Shown here: in pieces, positions 47,212-59,830 of the stretch | Layout: the number at the start of each line of letters is the position of its first letter | Position numbering within the stretch: position 1 is the first letter of the stretch | Assembly (NCBI RefSeq): GCF_009914755.1 | Contig: NC_060929.1 | Source of the DNA: the human T2T-CHM13v2.0 reference genome, Homo sapiens | Strand: one strand, 5' to 3' | DNA: 64,000 bases | The notes under the pieces: model-generated | What the model was told of the DNA's origin: nothing | Databases searched by the model: none | The model's input: the letters and a program-made list of their open reading frames with translations, nothing else | Made by a program: the position numbers and the translations under genes

Positions 47212-47552
47212 TGTTGCAGTAAATTATAGTATTGTTTCAAAATACTTGCTGTCCCTTCTTGAGGGAAGAGTATATATCTCCATTTCACTGATGTCAGACT
47301 CCTTCATGTCACTTCTCCTGCAATGAAATGTGAGTGGAAGTGATGTGTCACTTCCGGGTGGAAGCTTTCAGAGACATCATTTGGTTTGTCTCATTCTCTT
47401 TTTCTCTGCCACAAAGACCACAGAGTATTGATATGGAGACTGTGCCATCAAGATAGTATGTAGCAGATGTGTAACATGAGTGAGGGAAAGCGGGTGTGTT
47501 GTTTTGGGGATTATTTGTTACTACAGCATTACCTTGGTTGAGTAGACTGATA
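47212..47552 (+). mobile_element. MLT1I-like LTR
   Basis: CAATGAAATGTGAGTGGAAGTGATGTGTCACTTCCGGGTGGAAGCTTT. Confidence 0.75.
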
Positions 47553-47850
47553 AATATGTTGATATTTAATTGCATAGAGCAATCAACTGCAACAGAAAAA
47601 GTCTATCTTAAGAGCTAAAAGCTCTTTCTTCCATCTGAATGAAGCACAGAAATTAAGTTTCTTATAAAAATAACTAATAAAACTTCTAATTTCATCATCG
47701 ACCATATGACTGAATCATTGTTCCTCTCTATTGTTTAAAATTTAAAGTCTTTCTCCATATGGTTTACATTTGTGTTTGTGCTTGGCATTGGATCACCTAC
47801 CTGACCCCTCTAACTTTTCCTTCATTACAGCAGAGCCATCCCACTGGTCA

Positions 47851-48261
<411 letters not shown>

Positions 48262-48954
48262 TCAGTTCCCCTCTTTACACACTCACAGCCCTTTCCTCAC
48301 TATCTAGTTCTTTATCTGCTGCATCAGTCTTTCCAAACATCCTCAGCTCTTATACCCTGGTGGAGCTAAGTGAAACATGAGTTGCTTTGCCTTCTCCTTT
48401 AATTATTCTCTGACTTCATTTGCACAGATCTTCTTTCATTATTATGTGAGAAGGAGGGCCTGAAGTCAAGGCAACCGAGAGTGGTGCATGCTGCGTTCCA
48501 CTTGAGCTGTACCTTTACTCCATTTGAACAATTTCAGGTGTGTGCTCAGCTCCTCCCACTTTTGTAGTGGGAAGAATGCAAAGTTGCTATAGTTCTGTAC
48601 TCTATATTTTGTCTGCTTTTTTTACAAGGTCGTGTAGAATGATATACTGGTTCCTAAGCTCTTTCACTGTATCCCTTTAATTTCAGCTAACTAACTCTTG
48701 CCCCTTCTTCAGTATAAATCGATTTCACTTGAATCAATAATGCCACACTGAGCACTGGATATTTTCTCTAACATTTTTGCTCATTCAATAAGGCCTCTGC
48801 TATGATAGGTAAAAATTTACCTACTTATGCTAGGTGAGTTAAACAATTGGTGTTTTTTTTTTTGTTTTTTAAAAAATAAGTATCAGCTTAGGCTAATAAA
48901 TATTCTTAGTTTTTAGGACTCATGATTAATAATCCCTAACTCTGATATTGGTTT

Positions 48955-48989
48955 TACACTTGATCTTAGCCGAAAGGCTGAGAAGCAAT
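48955..48989 (-). pseudogene. 3'-truncated U2 snRNA retro-fragment (U2 nt 1-35)
   Basis: Minus strand ATTGCTTCTCAGCCTTTCGGCTAAGATCAAGTGTA versus U2 ATCGCTTCTCGGCCTTTTGGCTAAGATCAAGTGTA: 32/35 identical, two of the three changes are CpG decay. Confidence 0.9.
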
Positions 48990-49952
48990 GACTTTGTTTT
49001 TGAGATGAAACTAATTCCTCTCTGCCTCAGGATGATTCTATTTTGGTTTAGTTACCACAAGGATATTAGTGGTTATGATCAATGACTATGGTTATAGGTG
49101 TAACAAAGTCAAACAGTTTCAGAATTTTGTCAATGGTGGTATAATTTAGAGGCTCAGTGTTGCATTGAAACCAAACAATTAGATGATTTCGTTCATTTAA
49201 GAATGTCAAGATCCAACTTTGATTTTCTTTGTCATCTTGAAGGCTTGGTCTGATCAATCTCATAAATGGGATATGGGCAGAGAGAAATATACAACCTTTG
49301 AAAGGCATTTTGGGTTCCTTGGGTGAGAGTGGCATCTTATTAACAAAAGAATGTTAAATGTTAAACATAAATGTTTATAGTAGGTCTGAAACTATCCCTG
49401 TTACTGGGAGCTTCTAATGCTAATAATGTTAGTTACTGTAAAAATTCTCTCAAAATTAGATAAAAGCAACCTGAACTCATCCCATGACTATACTCTGGGT
49501 TGTGTCAATGAAAGGAGCCTCTGCTTTATTTTGCCTGCCTTTTAGGGAAAGAAAAAGCCATGGCACTTACTCTCTGTGTCTTTGTAGGTATCGTTTGACC
49601 ATATAAGAATACAGCAAGGAGGGATATTTGCAAGACATCTTAATGTCTGTAAATGGATTTCTTCCAGGAACATTAGCAAGTAATGTCTTTAATGTCTTTA
49701 AACTACTTGAAAGAGGTATTATGTTAAAGATCTTTAACTCCTCAAAATATCCTCAACGTTTATTTTATGTGGTTAAAAACACCTTTGGCTAGTATTGCAT
49801 CTCTTTTTCCTCCTATTTAAAGTTAGCTATATTAACAGTGTTTTCATTTAGTTTCTAAAAACGATTCTGTTTTCATAGATTTTATGCTGGAAATAACATT
49901 CTAGGAAGTCTTTTGAAATCTGAAGTTATACATTCAAATATGATTTTGTAAT

Positions 49953-50256
<304 letters not shown>

Positions 50257-50446
50257 TGTAATTTATTTTTCTAAATTTAATGTCTGTCAATTGTCCACCT
50301 GTCTTTTTTCTTCTCTTTTGCAAAATGTATTTGGGTGCTATTTTTAGCCTTATTTGACCGTTCCACCAGATTTTCCAGATGAGTGAAAGTACTTGTTCTG
50401 AACGGTATTCCGTGGAGTTTCCTTGGATCCTTAAAACCCATATAGT

Positions 50447-50764
<318 letters not shown>

Positions 50765-50929
50765 CTAAATAATCAGATTGAAAGTAATACTCTCAACCCT
50801 ATGGATGGCTTCTAGTGCTTTATAATTAAGGTCATCTAGTAGTAGTTGCTACAATAAGGTTTTGGAATTGAGTCTTGGTGTATAAACTGATTGTAAACAT
50901 TCACCATGGAACACAGAGACACATTTTTA

Positions 50930-51420
50930 AGCAGGCGTTATTCTTCCAAATGAATTTTGTCCTTTGGAGTGGTCACATGGTAAGAATGTGCACAGAGTCC
51001 AACAGTGTTACCATTGCTTAAACATTTTTGGATCTCCTTGGGATTGTCTTCAGAGTCTCTAAGCCACAGAAAAAAGTTAATCTTGTCCTTTTAGTTATAC
51101 CTCATTTTTGACCCCTATGAGTATCCCCAAGCCTGATCATCTACTTTATTTGTACATCTTGGCTCTTAATTATTATTATTATTTTTTTTTTTAGTATTCA
51201 GCCAACACAGCTTTAAAGAACAGGGGTCTTCTGCCATTTATGTTTTAAACCTCAAAGTTAACTCCAAAAGGGAAAGATCCAAAAACAATGTGACTCAAAG
51301 ACAACTTACTGGAAAAAGCATGCAATTCCCTGAGCAGATTATCTTGCAAGTGAGAACGTGCGTTTGGATGTAAATCTGCAATGTTGGGAAAATCAATCAC
51401 ATTGTGTTCTACCGTTATAG
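50930..51420. mobile_element. MARNA-like ancient mariner remnant
   Basis: TTTTGTCCTTTGGAGTGGTCAC, CCATTGCTTAAACATTTTTGGA..ATTGTCTTCAGAG, CTGATCATCTACTTTATT..CTTGGCTC, and a mirrored arm TCCAAAAGGGAAAGATCCAAAAA. Confidence 0.55.
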
Positions 51421-51429
51421 AGGGAAAAC

Positions 51430-51640
51430 TAAGTATAGGCTTTAGAGCCTTTCAGGTTAGTTCAAAAAGAGCTCCACTACTTACCATGTGGTATCAGGTG
51501 TCTTTTTGAACCAGCATTTCCTTAGCTTTGAAACAGAAGTGTGATAGCAGTCTCAGAGACTAGATTAAGAACTAGTGATAATTCATTGCAATGCCTGGGA
51601 TCACGCCAGGCTCAATAAATGGCACATATATGATGTTAAT
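51430..51640 (+). mobile_element. MIR
   Basis: GGCTTTAGAGCC..CTCCACTACTTACCATGTG..AATGCCTGG..CTCAATAAATGGC. Confidence 0.6.
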
Positions 51641-53578
51641 GTTATCACAATATCTGTACGTAGTTCACAGAACAGTTTATTTAGCTGTTGATAATAGCTG
51701 TGTTATTGAATATCCTTACATTATAGAAGTATGTAGATGTATGATGAAGTTTCATGAAAGGTTTTACAAAGGGCCAGACCTGACTATTACTGATTGCTCA
51801 AAAGGTTTTGAAGGAAAGGCACTGATAGCAATGACCATATTGAGAAAAGGTCTGCAGAGATAGTTAAATTAACATAGCAGATCCAACCAGGTTGGCTATA
51901 GGGTTTCTATTCAGAATGCAAACTCGCGTTATGAATTATCCTCTTCCTTTGGAGAATAGCAGCACTCTACAAAGTTCATTATCATAACTCATAGGGTTTG
52001 TAATTTTACTGTTTGGGTTAGGAGTTTTTGGTTTTAACTAAAAAAACACGGAGACAATTACTAAATTTAGAGCTATAACAGAATCCTTCCTCCCCCTAAA
52101 ATTGGGTTAGAATTTAGCCCAATCTCTCCTAATCACAAAAACGCAACTGATAATTATCTCAGGCAATTCTGATATTTTGCCATCTGTGGATTTTAGTGTT
52201 TCCCTGTGTTATCAGAAAGAGTTAAGAAGTTGTCTTAGTGAACTGGAAAATTGTTGTTTGACCTGATAAACTCACAGCATTTCTTCCAGCTAGATCATTA
52301 AGATTCCAGGACTGACCTCAAGAAGACCCTCTGGAATTCACAGCACTGCAGACATGTCAGTGGTCAGTCTGTGTTATGTGAATGAACCTGATATCAACAG
52401 AGTTTCCCCCAAGACCTCCTTGAACTGCCACAGGCGAGGTCAAATAGATTATCTGCATTTATTTTGGAATCCAAACTAAATCAGCAATCAGATGAATAAT
52501 GTATCAGTTGTAGTGCCTGGAATGGGATGCCAACTCCCTAAAAAATGCCACTGAGCCAAAATACACTTTATCTTCAAAATGTTATGTTTTATCGTACTCA
52601 TATATTAATTGAAAGTATTTTTGCTGTAGTTGAACTTTTAGAATCAGATTTCTTTTTATGAAATATACTTGTATCCCCTGACTGTTAAGAAATCCTGTAA
52701 TGCAAGGTTTTGTCCTGAATCTAGGCATTATCTGAAATAAATAATGGAAGGTGTACAACTTACTGTCTGATAAACTTTAACAAATAACACAATCTTGTAT
52801 CATCTAATTTCTTCTAGATATACTGGAACAAAGTGTTGGCCTTTTGAAGGCCTGAAAAGGCTGTTGAATTGCTTCCATTCACCATTTCAATGAGCTTACA
52901 TAAGTCTCAGCTAATTTTATCTACTTACTGAACTGAGATATAATGTCTTATTTTGCATGGATTGGGAAGAAATGCGCAGCAGGAAAGCTATTGACCATGT
53001 GGCTTTGCCCTCTCTCAGGGGGCTTCCATTCCCACCACTGATCACAGATTTGTTGGATTAAATACCTGCTAATATGCGGTTTATAAAATTCCCCTTCTCT
53101 AGGTTCTGAGCAGTCTATCATCTTACTAAGGATGCAATTTGAAAGATTCTGAATGTAGTTTGAACGCTTTTAATAGGACCATTCATTTTATCATTCCCTG
53201 GTTTGAGTTAGATTTCTTTCGACACCGAAGAGAAGGACTGTATAATTGTGTTATTCCTTAATTATTTTTCTTCTCTTTTTGAGTGATAGAAATTGGCCGC
53301 TACAATGAAGTCTGGAAGTGGCATCATAAGAACACAAAGCAACATTAATGGAGACAGGGTCATTGTAGGTAGAGTTCTCACTGCTTTCAACTAACTGCTG
53401 TATGTGCTCTCCATAAATCATGTCCTCCATATCATTGATAACCTCTAAATTACATCAGTCCCGCTTCCTGGATCTCCTCTCCCGATCTGGAATTAAACTG
53501 CCCTGCTTAGGCCTCATTTTTTCTTTATTAGGTGTTAACTGCCTCCAGTGTCCTCTCCTTAAAACCATTCACCAACTT

Positions 53579-53604
53579 GGCTGGGGGTGGCTCACGCCTG
53601 TAAT
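53579..53604 (+). mobile_element. Isolated Alu 5' end (26 bp)
   Basis: GGCTGGGGGTGGCTCACGCCTGTAAT, followed by non-Alu sequence. Confidence 0.7.
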
Positions 53605-54589
53605 TATCCGGGGGGCCCTTTTCAGCTCTAAAATTCTATCTAAACCATCTTTGTAGATGTTTTTTAAGTAATGAGTTGGTTTAAAAGTGAACAAGGGAAG
53701 ACTGATAAATTTTTCTTTTTCACTTTTCTGCTGTCATATCCGATTGGCTAAAAGTTTTTCTTGACCTGACTTTTTGATCTTTAAAATGCAGCAGGGTATT
53801 GATGCCAAGGTTTTCACTGGACTTTGTAATTTGAGAAGCAGAAAATATGGTTATGCCTTTCAAAAACATCTGCAAAGGTTTTTGTTTTTGTATTTTTTAA
53901 AATCTTACTCAAGCTTTTCAAAACAATAACTTTCTGGTTCTTAGTGGCTATCTCAGACAGTTTTACGGAAAATATTTCTTACAGAGACAGAAAGGATTCC
54001 CACCCAGTTAAATGTTTCATCTTCTGTGATTTGCCCTGCAAGGAGCTCATCTGTGTGTTGAGAGGGCATCTAGCTTTGGGCTCCAATTACAAGAGCAGGG
54101 CCATAGGTGGCCATGCTGCAGGGCACTGCTGTTCAGAGGGGGCTGGCCAAGGAAAACACTTTCTTGAGCATTTGAAGCAGAAGATGAAACAGATGGTTTT
54201 TAGCTAGGAAAGCACTCATGAACGTGTCCCCAAGTAAATGTTCCATATGTTAAATCCTGACTGCAGTGGAAGCAGCTTGTCATTAAGTATGCTACCTGGG
54301 AAATCTCCAGTCAAACACTCCATACCTGCCATTTTATATTCTTTGATTGGAAAGCCACACATTAAATATGGTTCTCAACTTTAAAAGCAGCACTTTCTAA
54401 TGCAGACATTAAGTGCTTGTGGTAAAAATGGAAATACAAACAAACCTCTTTCATGTTGGCTGAATCATCATCGTTCTTATTATCATCAATAGCAATAGGA
54501 AAAATTTATATCTCACCAGTAACCCTGCTGTTCTTTTTGGGGTAGAGAAGTAGTTATGAAATTTAATTCCTGTCTTCAAGAAATTTCTA

Positions 54590-54965
54590 GGCTGGGCGCA
54601 GTGGCTCACGCCGGAAATCCCAACACTTTGGGAGGCCAAGGCGGGCAGATCTCTTGAGGACAGGAGTTAGAGACCAGTCGGGTTAACATGGTGAAACCCT
54701 GTCTCTACTAAAACAAAAATTAGCTGGGCGTGATGGAGTGTGCCTGTACTCCCAGCTACTCAGGAGGCTGAGGCAGGATAATTGCTCGAACCCAGGAAGT
54801 GGAGGTTGCAGTAAGCCAAGATCGCACCATTGCACTCCAGCCTGGGCATCGCAGCAACACTCCAAAAAAGAAAGAAAGAGAGAGAGAGAGAGAAAGAAAG
54901 GAAGGAAGAAAGGAAAGAAGGAGAAAAGGAGGGAGGGAGGGAAGGAAAGGAAGGAAGGAAGGAAG
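54590..54965 (+). mobile_element. AluS with ~100-bp GA-rich compound microsatellite tail
   Basis: TSD GAAATTTCTA; tail AAAG/AG/GGAA at 54864-54968. Confidence 0.95.
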
Positions 54966-55954
54966 GAAATTTCTAGACAGGAGAGAAACTGAACATGTCA
55001 ACAGAAGTTGTAAAAGGTGTGAGCACTAACTGTAATTTCTCAGTGAAATCTTTTTTAGTTTGGGGAGAATTTTATTAAAATCATTGATCAGAGTCAGAAA
55101 CAAAGTTTTTCAATAAAATAACATGTCTCAGGATATATCTTAGGCTACCGTGTGTATTTAGTTTCTGAACCACCACCCTAGTCAGCCATTTAAAAAATAC
55201 TAACATTAGTGGTGGAGGTAAAGGATAGTGGTAAATTGTGAATTTCTGGTCTTTTTAAGGTCTGATTATTACCCTAACCCCTCTTTTTCTATAGCTTCAT
55301 GTCCTAAAAAAGGTGACACCTTTCTTAAACCACCTTTCACCTTCCTAAGAAAGGGCACCTTTCAGCCGGAACATTACGTTTGTCAACTTCTCTGCAATGT
55401 CTTGACCAAGAATGGAACACTCTGACTTTGTTTCCCATATGTCCTTCTGTCTCCTGCATGGGAAATGAAGCTGTCTTTGCTGCCTCTGCTGAGGGCCCCT
55501 CTGAGTTGGCCAAGGGAGGCTGGAGGGATATACATCACATTACAACCTTCATACTGCCAAGTTCTAGTTAGTTTCTGCAATGTATGTGAAACCTCCAAAG
55601 CAAACAGAGAGAGAGGAAATCAAAATTAAATTAATCCTCTCCAAGGATAAATAAAGTATGCATGTGTTCCTCTTGAGCTGACAGGGTGGAAATCAGAAAG
55701 ACCCCTTTGCTTGGGATTCGGTGATACTGATGTTCAGATTTCTGACTCTTCAGCCCAGAAAACAGAAGTGCTGTATAGAGCTACAAAAATCTTAAATTGC
55801 TTACCGGTGTCATATATGTAAGAAAGCATGCCTTGATAGTTGAGATTTGTGGACATCTTCAAGATGGTGTATGTGGGTTAGCAATAGAAAGCTGTCCTGT
55901 GAAAACAGCTGTTGTCTTGAGAGAAATCAAACTCTTTCTTTGATCGCATGATCT

Positions 55955-56318
55955 TATCACAGTTTGGCTGTGTCCCCACCTAAATCTCATCTTGAATTGT
56001 AGCTCCTATAATTCCCACATGTTGTAGGAGGGACTTGGTGGGAGATAATTGAATCATGGGACTGGTTTCCCCCATACTGTTCTCATGGTAGTGAATAAGT
56101 CTCATGAGATCTGATGTTTTTATAAGGGATTTCCCTTTTCTCTTGACGCTCTCATTCTCTCTTGTCTGCCGCCATGTAAGACATGCTTTCTGTCTTTCAC
56201 CATGATTATGAGGCCTCCTTGGCCATGTGGAACTGGGAGTCCATTAAATCTCTTTCTCTATATAAATTATCCAGTCTCAGATGTGCCCTTATCAGTACTG
56301 TGAAAATGGACTAATACA
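55955..56318 (+). mobile_element. THE1B-like solo LTR
   Basis: GTTTGGCTGTGTCCCCACCTAAATCTCATCTTGAATTGTAGCTCC...AATGGACTAATACA. Confidence 0.93.
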
Positions 56319-58479
56319 AATGTCGAAGAACAAAAGTGCATTTGAATATCATAAAATTTCAGGCAGCTACAAAGGGCTTTGATTTCTAGTCTTCATTTTT
56401 ATGAATTAACAAAATTGGAGCAGAGGAGGAAACCCAGCTTTTCTGCAGACTCTCTGCCACCACACAGCTGAAAATTGCATTGTCTCTTTCAATTTTGATG
56501 ATCACCTGAAATGATTCTGACTAGCATCCTGACTCTAGTTTTTTGATCAACCTCTGCCAGGGCATTATAGACAAACCCCAGCTATCTACGCCTCTGCTGG
56601 GAGAAGCTGAGTTATTTTTGACCAGCTTACTTGAAACTTGGTTGTTTTTTCAACAATCCTCCCTGAAAGACAAGACCAAAGAAAAACCTCATTTGGTTTT
56701 ACTCAGTGCTGATAAAATGCTCTCTATGTTGAAACCTAATTTAACAGCGAATGGGCTTTAATGAATCGTGCTTTTGCCTTCCAGCTGCAATGCTTCTTGA
56801 CATCCTTATTTCAGATGTGATTACGATCCTTATTTATGTTTTCTCAGTTTGTTTATTGACTAAGTTACATACCACACACCATCCTGGTGACTTTGCTGAG
56901 AGACTGTCTCTACATTAATTTACATTTGGGGACTATTAGCAGCCATAATATGCTTCATTGTTTTTTTTTTTTTTTTTTTCAGAATGGTGTCTCTCACACA
57001 CTCAAATAGACATGCCAAAATGTATTTGTTGACTAAAGTTGTGGAAAATTACATTTTTCCTTAAAAAGAACAGTAAATACTGGAGTACCCCCCAAAAAAT
57101 ATCTACTGAAATATTCCCCTCAAGCATTGAATGACATTTTTAGGTGGTAACAGCCGACTGGCTCCCTGTTTGTGGTGAAGTCATGGAGAACTTTGTACTA
57201 GTCCATATAGAATAAGAGTTAGTCAATCACATCTAACAATTCAGCCATGGGAAAAAATGAGATAATGATAACACTAAGACATGAGTAAAAAATAGACATT
57301 TGTACCATTTATGGAATTGAGAGGCAAAGGAGGTAGGTTTATTTCCATTTCATAAACATTTGGCCAAATTTTCTCTCTAAATGGTTGCTGGAGCAAAAGG
57401 TTAGATCACCAAAGTTAAGACGTGACACAAGTTTTAATTGAGCTTTTGTCAATGAAACAAGTATCTACATTCAGAATTCAATGCAGTTTTTTTCCAGTCC
57501 TTTACATACTCACTTCTGCAAATCATTAAAACCACTGAAGGCAAGGATGTTGCTACCTTACATGGTGTTTTCATGTACATTGAAAAAGGCAGCTCTTCCC
57601 AAAGACATTTTATTTTCAATTTTCAGAAAATTATTCTAAGTATCATTTGTTAGAAAAATAAACCTCACTGGGAATTTTTGGGTAAAATTCTTTTAGTATA
57701 TAAGAAGGTGCTAAAGTTATAATCAAAAACAGATGTCTTACATGTGAGTTGAGCCCCTGAGATTTGCTGCACTTTTGCAATGTGCAACCTGAATAACTAT
57801 ACTGGGCAGCTATTTCAGGGGAGAAATTATTCTAGGAGTTGTAAATTTATCTAGTTTCACCTTCCTGACTTATAACCAAATAGAGAGGAAAGAACCAGGT
57901 TTAAATAAATGACTTGGCCTTTTATCAGTTGGTTAAGTGTTTGGATGTCAGTAGGCTATTAATTAACATACCCATAGTAGGGGAAAACAACTGTAAAGAT
58001 GAGATGTCAGCCAGAAATAATTAGGCAGATAATTGGTGTTCCATAAATGGTTGCTGAAGCCCAGTTACGTCATGAGTGTGAGCCAGCTTTAATCTATGGC
58101 AATAACATGACTCCAAATGTGTGAATTTCTGAAAAAAGTTTTAGGATGCCAATGTATTATGTTGTTCAATTTTATTTGTTGCTCATTAGCTACTTTGACA
58201 TTGTGCTAAGTGCCTTCTCTCTTCATAAATGGCCATAATAATTCCATGTGGGTTATGGCTTTAATTATTCTCACTGCCTAAATGAGGAAAGTGAAGCTTA
58301 GAGCAGGATGGAGACACTACTTCAATGCTGACCTCTAAGTTCATGCCATTGATGAGCATGTAAATTACAAAATGATGACTATCTTTTTAGTATACCAGCA
58401 AGAATCAGTATGGAAAATATAATTATTAAAAGACACAAACAAATGAGTGTGCATAACATTTAAGAACAGATATGTCAAG

Positions 58480-59050
58480 AAATATACAGATCATGTGTAG
58501 AACATGACAGATCTGGTAGGTATATAAACTGCTTTAACCTTTCTGGAGGACAATTTGACAACTAGTGTCAAAAGCTTCATAAAAAGGCATACCTTCTAAT
58601 TTTCAACCTCAATGTGAGGAATTCATCCAAAGTGTGTAATTAGAAAGTTAGCAAAGATTTCCTTACATGTTTATTAACTTTAGAATTATGCTGATAATGT
58701 CAACAACACAATTGGAAATAACCTGTATACTCATCAGTAGGGGACTTTGTTAATAAAGAAAAGTATATTTATAAGCAGCTTTAAAAATGTTGTCATAGAA
58801 GAAACACTCTGTTGAAAAATGTTCTCAACATATTGAAAAGTGTATAAAGGGCATAACTGAAAATGTATGATTACAGATTTGTCAAATTAGATGTTTATTT
58901 ATATTCTCACATGCATAGATTAGAGAAAAGACTAGAATGGTTTATATAAACCTGTTAGTAGTATTTACCAGTGGGAGGGACAATCATGGGTGACCTGTTT
59001 TTTCTTTTCTGCTTTTAGGTATGTGTTCTATTTTTATAACAAAACTGCTT
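58480..59050 (+). mobile_element. L1ME-like 3' region
   Basis: AACCTTTCTGGAGGACAATTTGACA, TTGGAAATAACCT..CATCAGTAGGGGACT, AGAAAAGACTAGAA. Confidence 0.65.
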
Positions 59051-59394
59051 TTATTTAGAAAAACTGTACTTTTAGTCAGATAAAAGAAGTTTCAAAAATG
59101 TGGATTTAATACAGCCATCTATACTTTGATTAGATTTGAACCAAATATAAAGGTGGGTTAATGCTGGTTTTGATTTTTTGTTTATCTCATTTGTACATTT
59201 CCTTTTTGCCTTTGTTAGGAAATAGGAATACGTCAAATAAGAACATAAGGAAATGGAATTTTATTTTTTGAAGAGTGGAACATAATTGGTGTTACCTAGG
59301 CAGGATGACTTTTTACAAGGAATACAACATCTCTAGTTTGTTTCATTTAGTTTAGATTCATGTAAACACAGCGTGTCATTCACCAGGATAATTC

Positions 59395-59830
59395 AGGTCT
59401 GCGTTAGTCAGAATACACTAATGGTTATAACACACACCAGCAATATCAGCCACTTAATATACTAAATGTTGATTGATCAATTGTATCATAGACCAAGGTG
59501 GTCAGAGGCAGGGTGGGGGACAGAAGAGAGGAGGGGAGCTCTGCTCCATTGTGTCATTTAGACATTGGGAACCCAGGCTTTATCCATCATAGGTGAACTT
59601 GTGGCCTGCAAAATTGCCACAGAATAAGAAGAGATACTGTCGAGGTTCCTTCGAGGGAAATAATTGCCAGGTGTGAATGGCCTCCCTCACCTCTGTTCAC
59701 ATTCCATTGGCCAGATCTCAATCACGTGACCTTACTAACACATCACTGCAAGAGAGGCTAGGAAATGTGGCCTTAGGGTGTATCCAGGAGGAAAACAGGT
59801 TGGGTGAACATACAACATTCATCACTACCA
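59395..59830 (-). mobile_element. MLT1J/K-like LTR
   Basis: CACCTCTGTTCACATTCCATTGGCCAGA..TCACGTGACC..CTGCAAGAGAGGCTAGGAAATGTGG. Confidence 0.7.

Noticed and set aside
49561-49690. Acceptor TCTTTGTAG followed by ~31 open codons
   Set aside because: Weak donor, peptide not recognised
52262-52368. Possible 73-nt exon (TTCTTCCAG| ... GTG|GTCAGT)
   Set aside because: Short pyrimidine tract, moderate donor, stops in all frames
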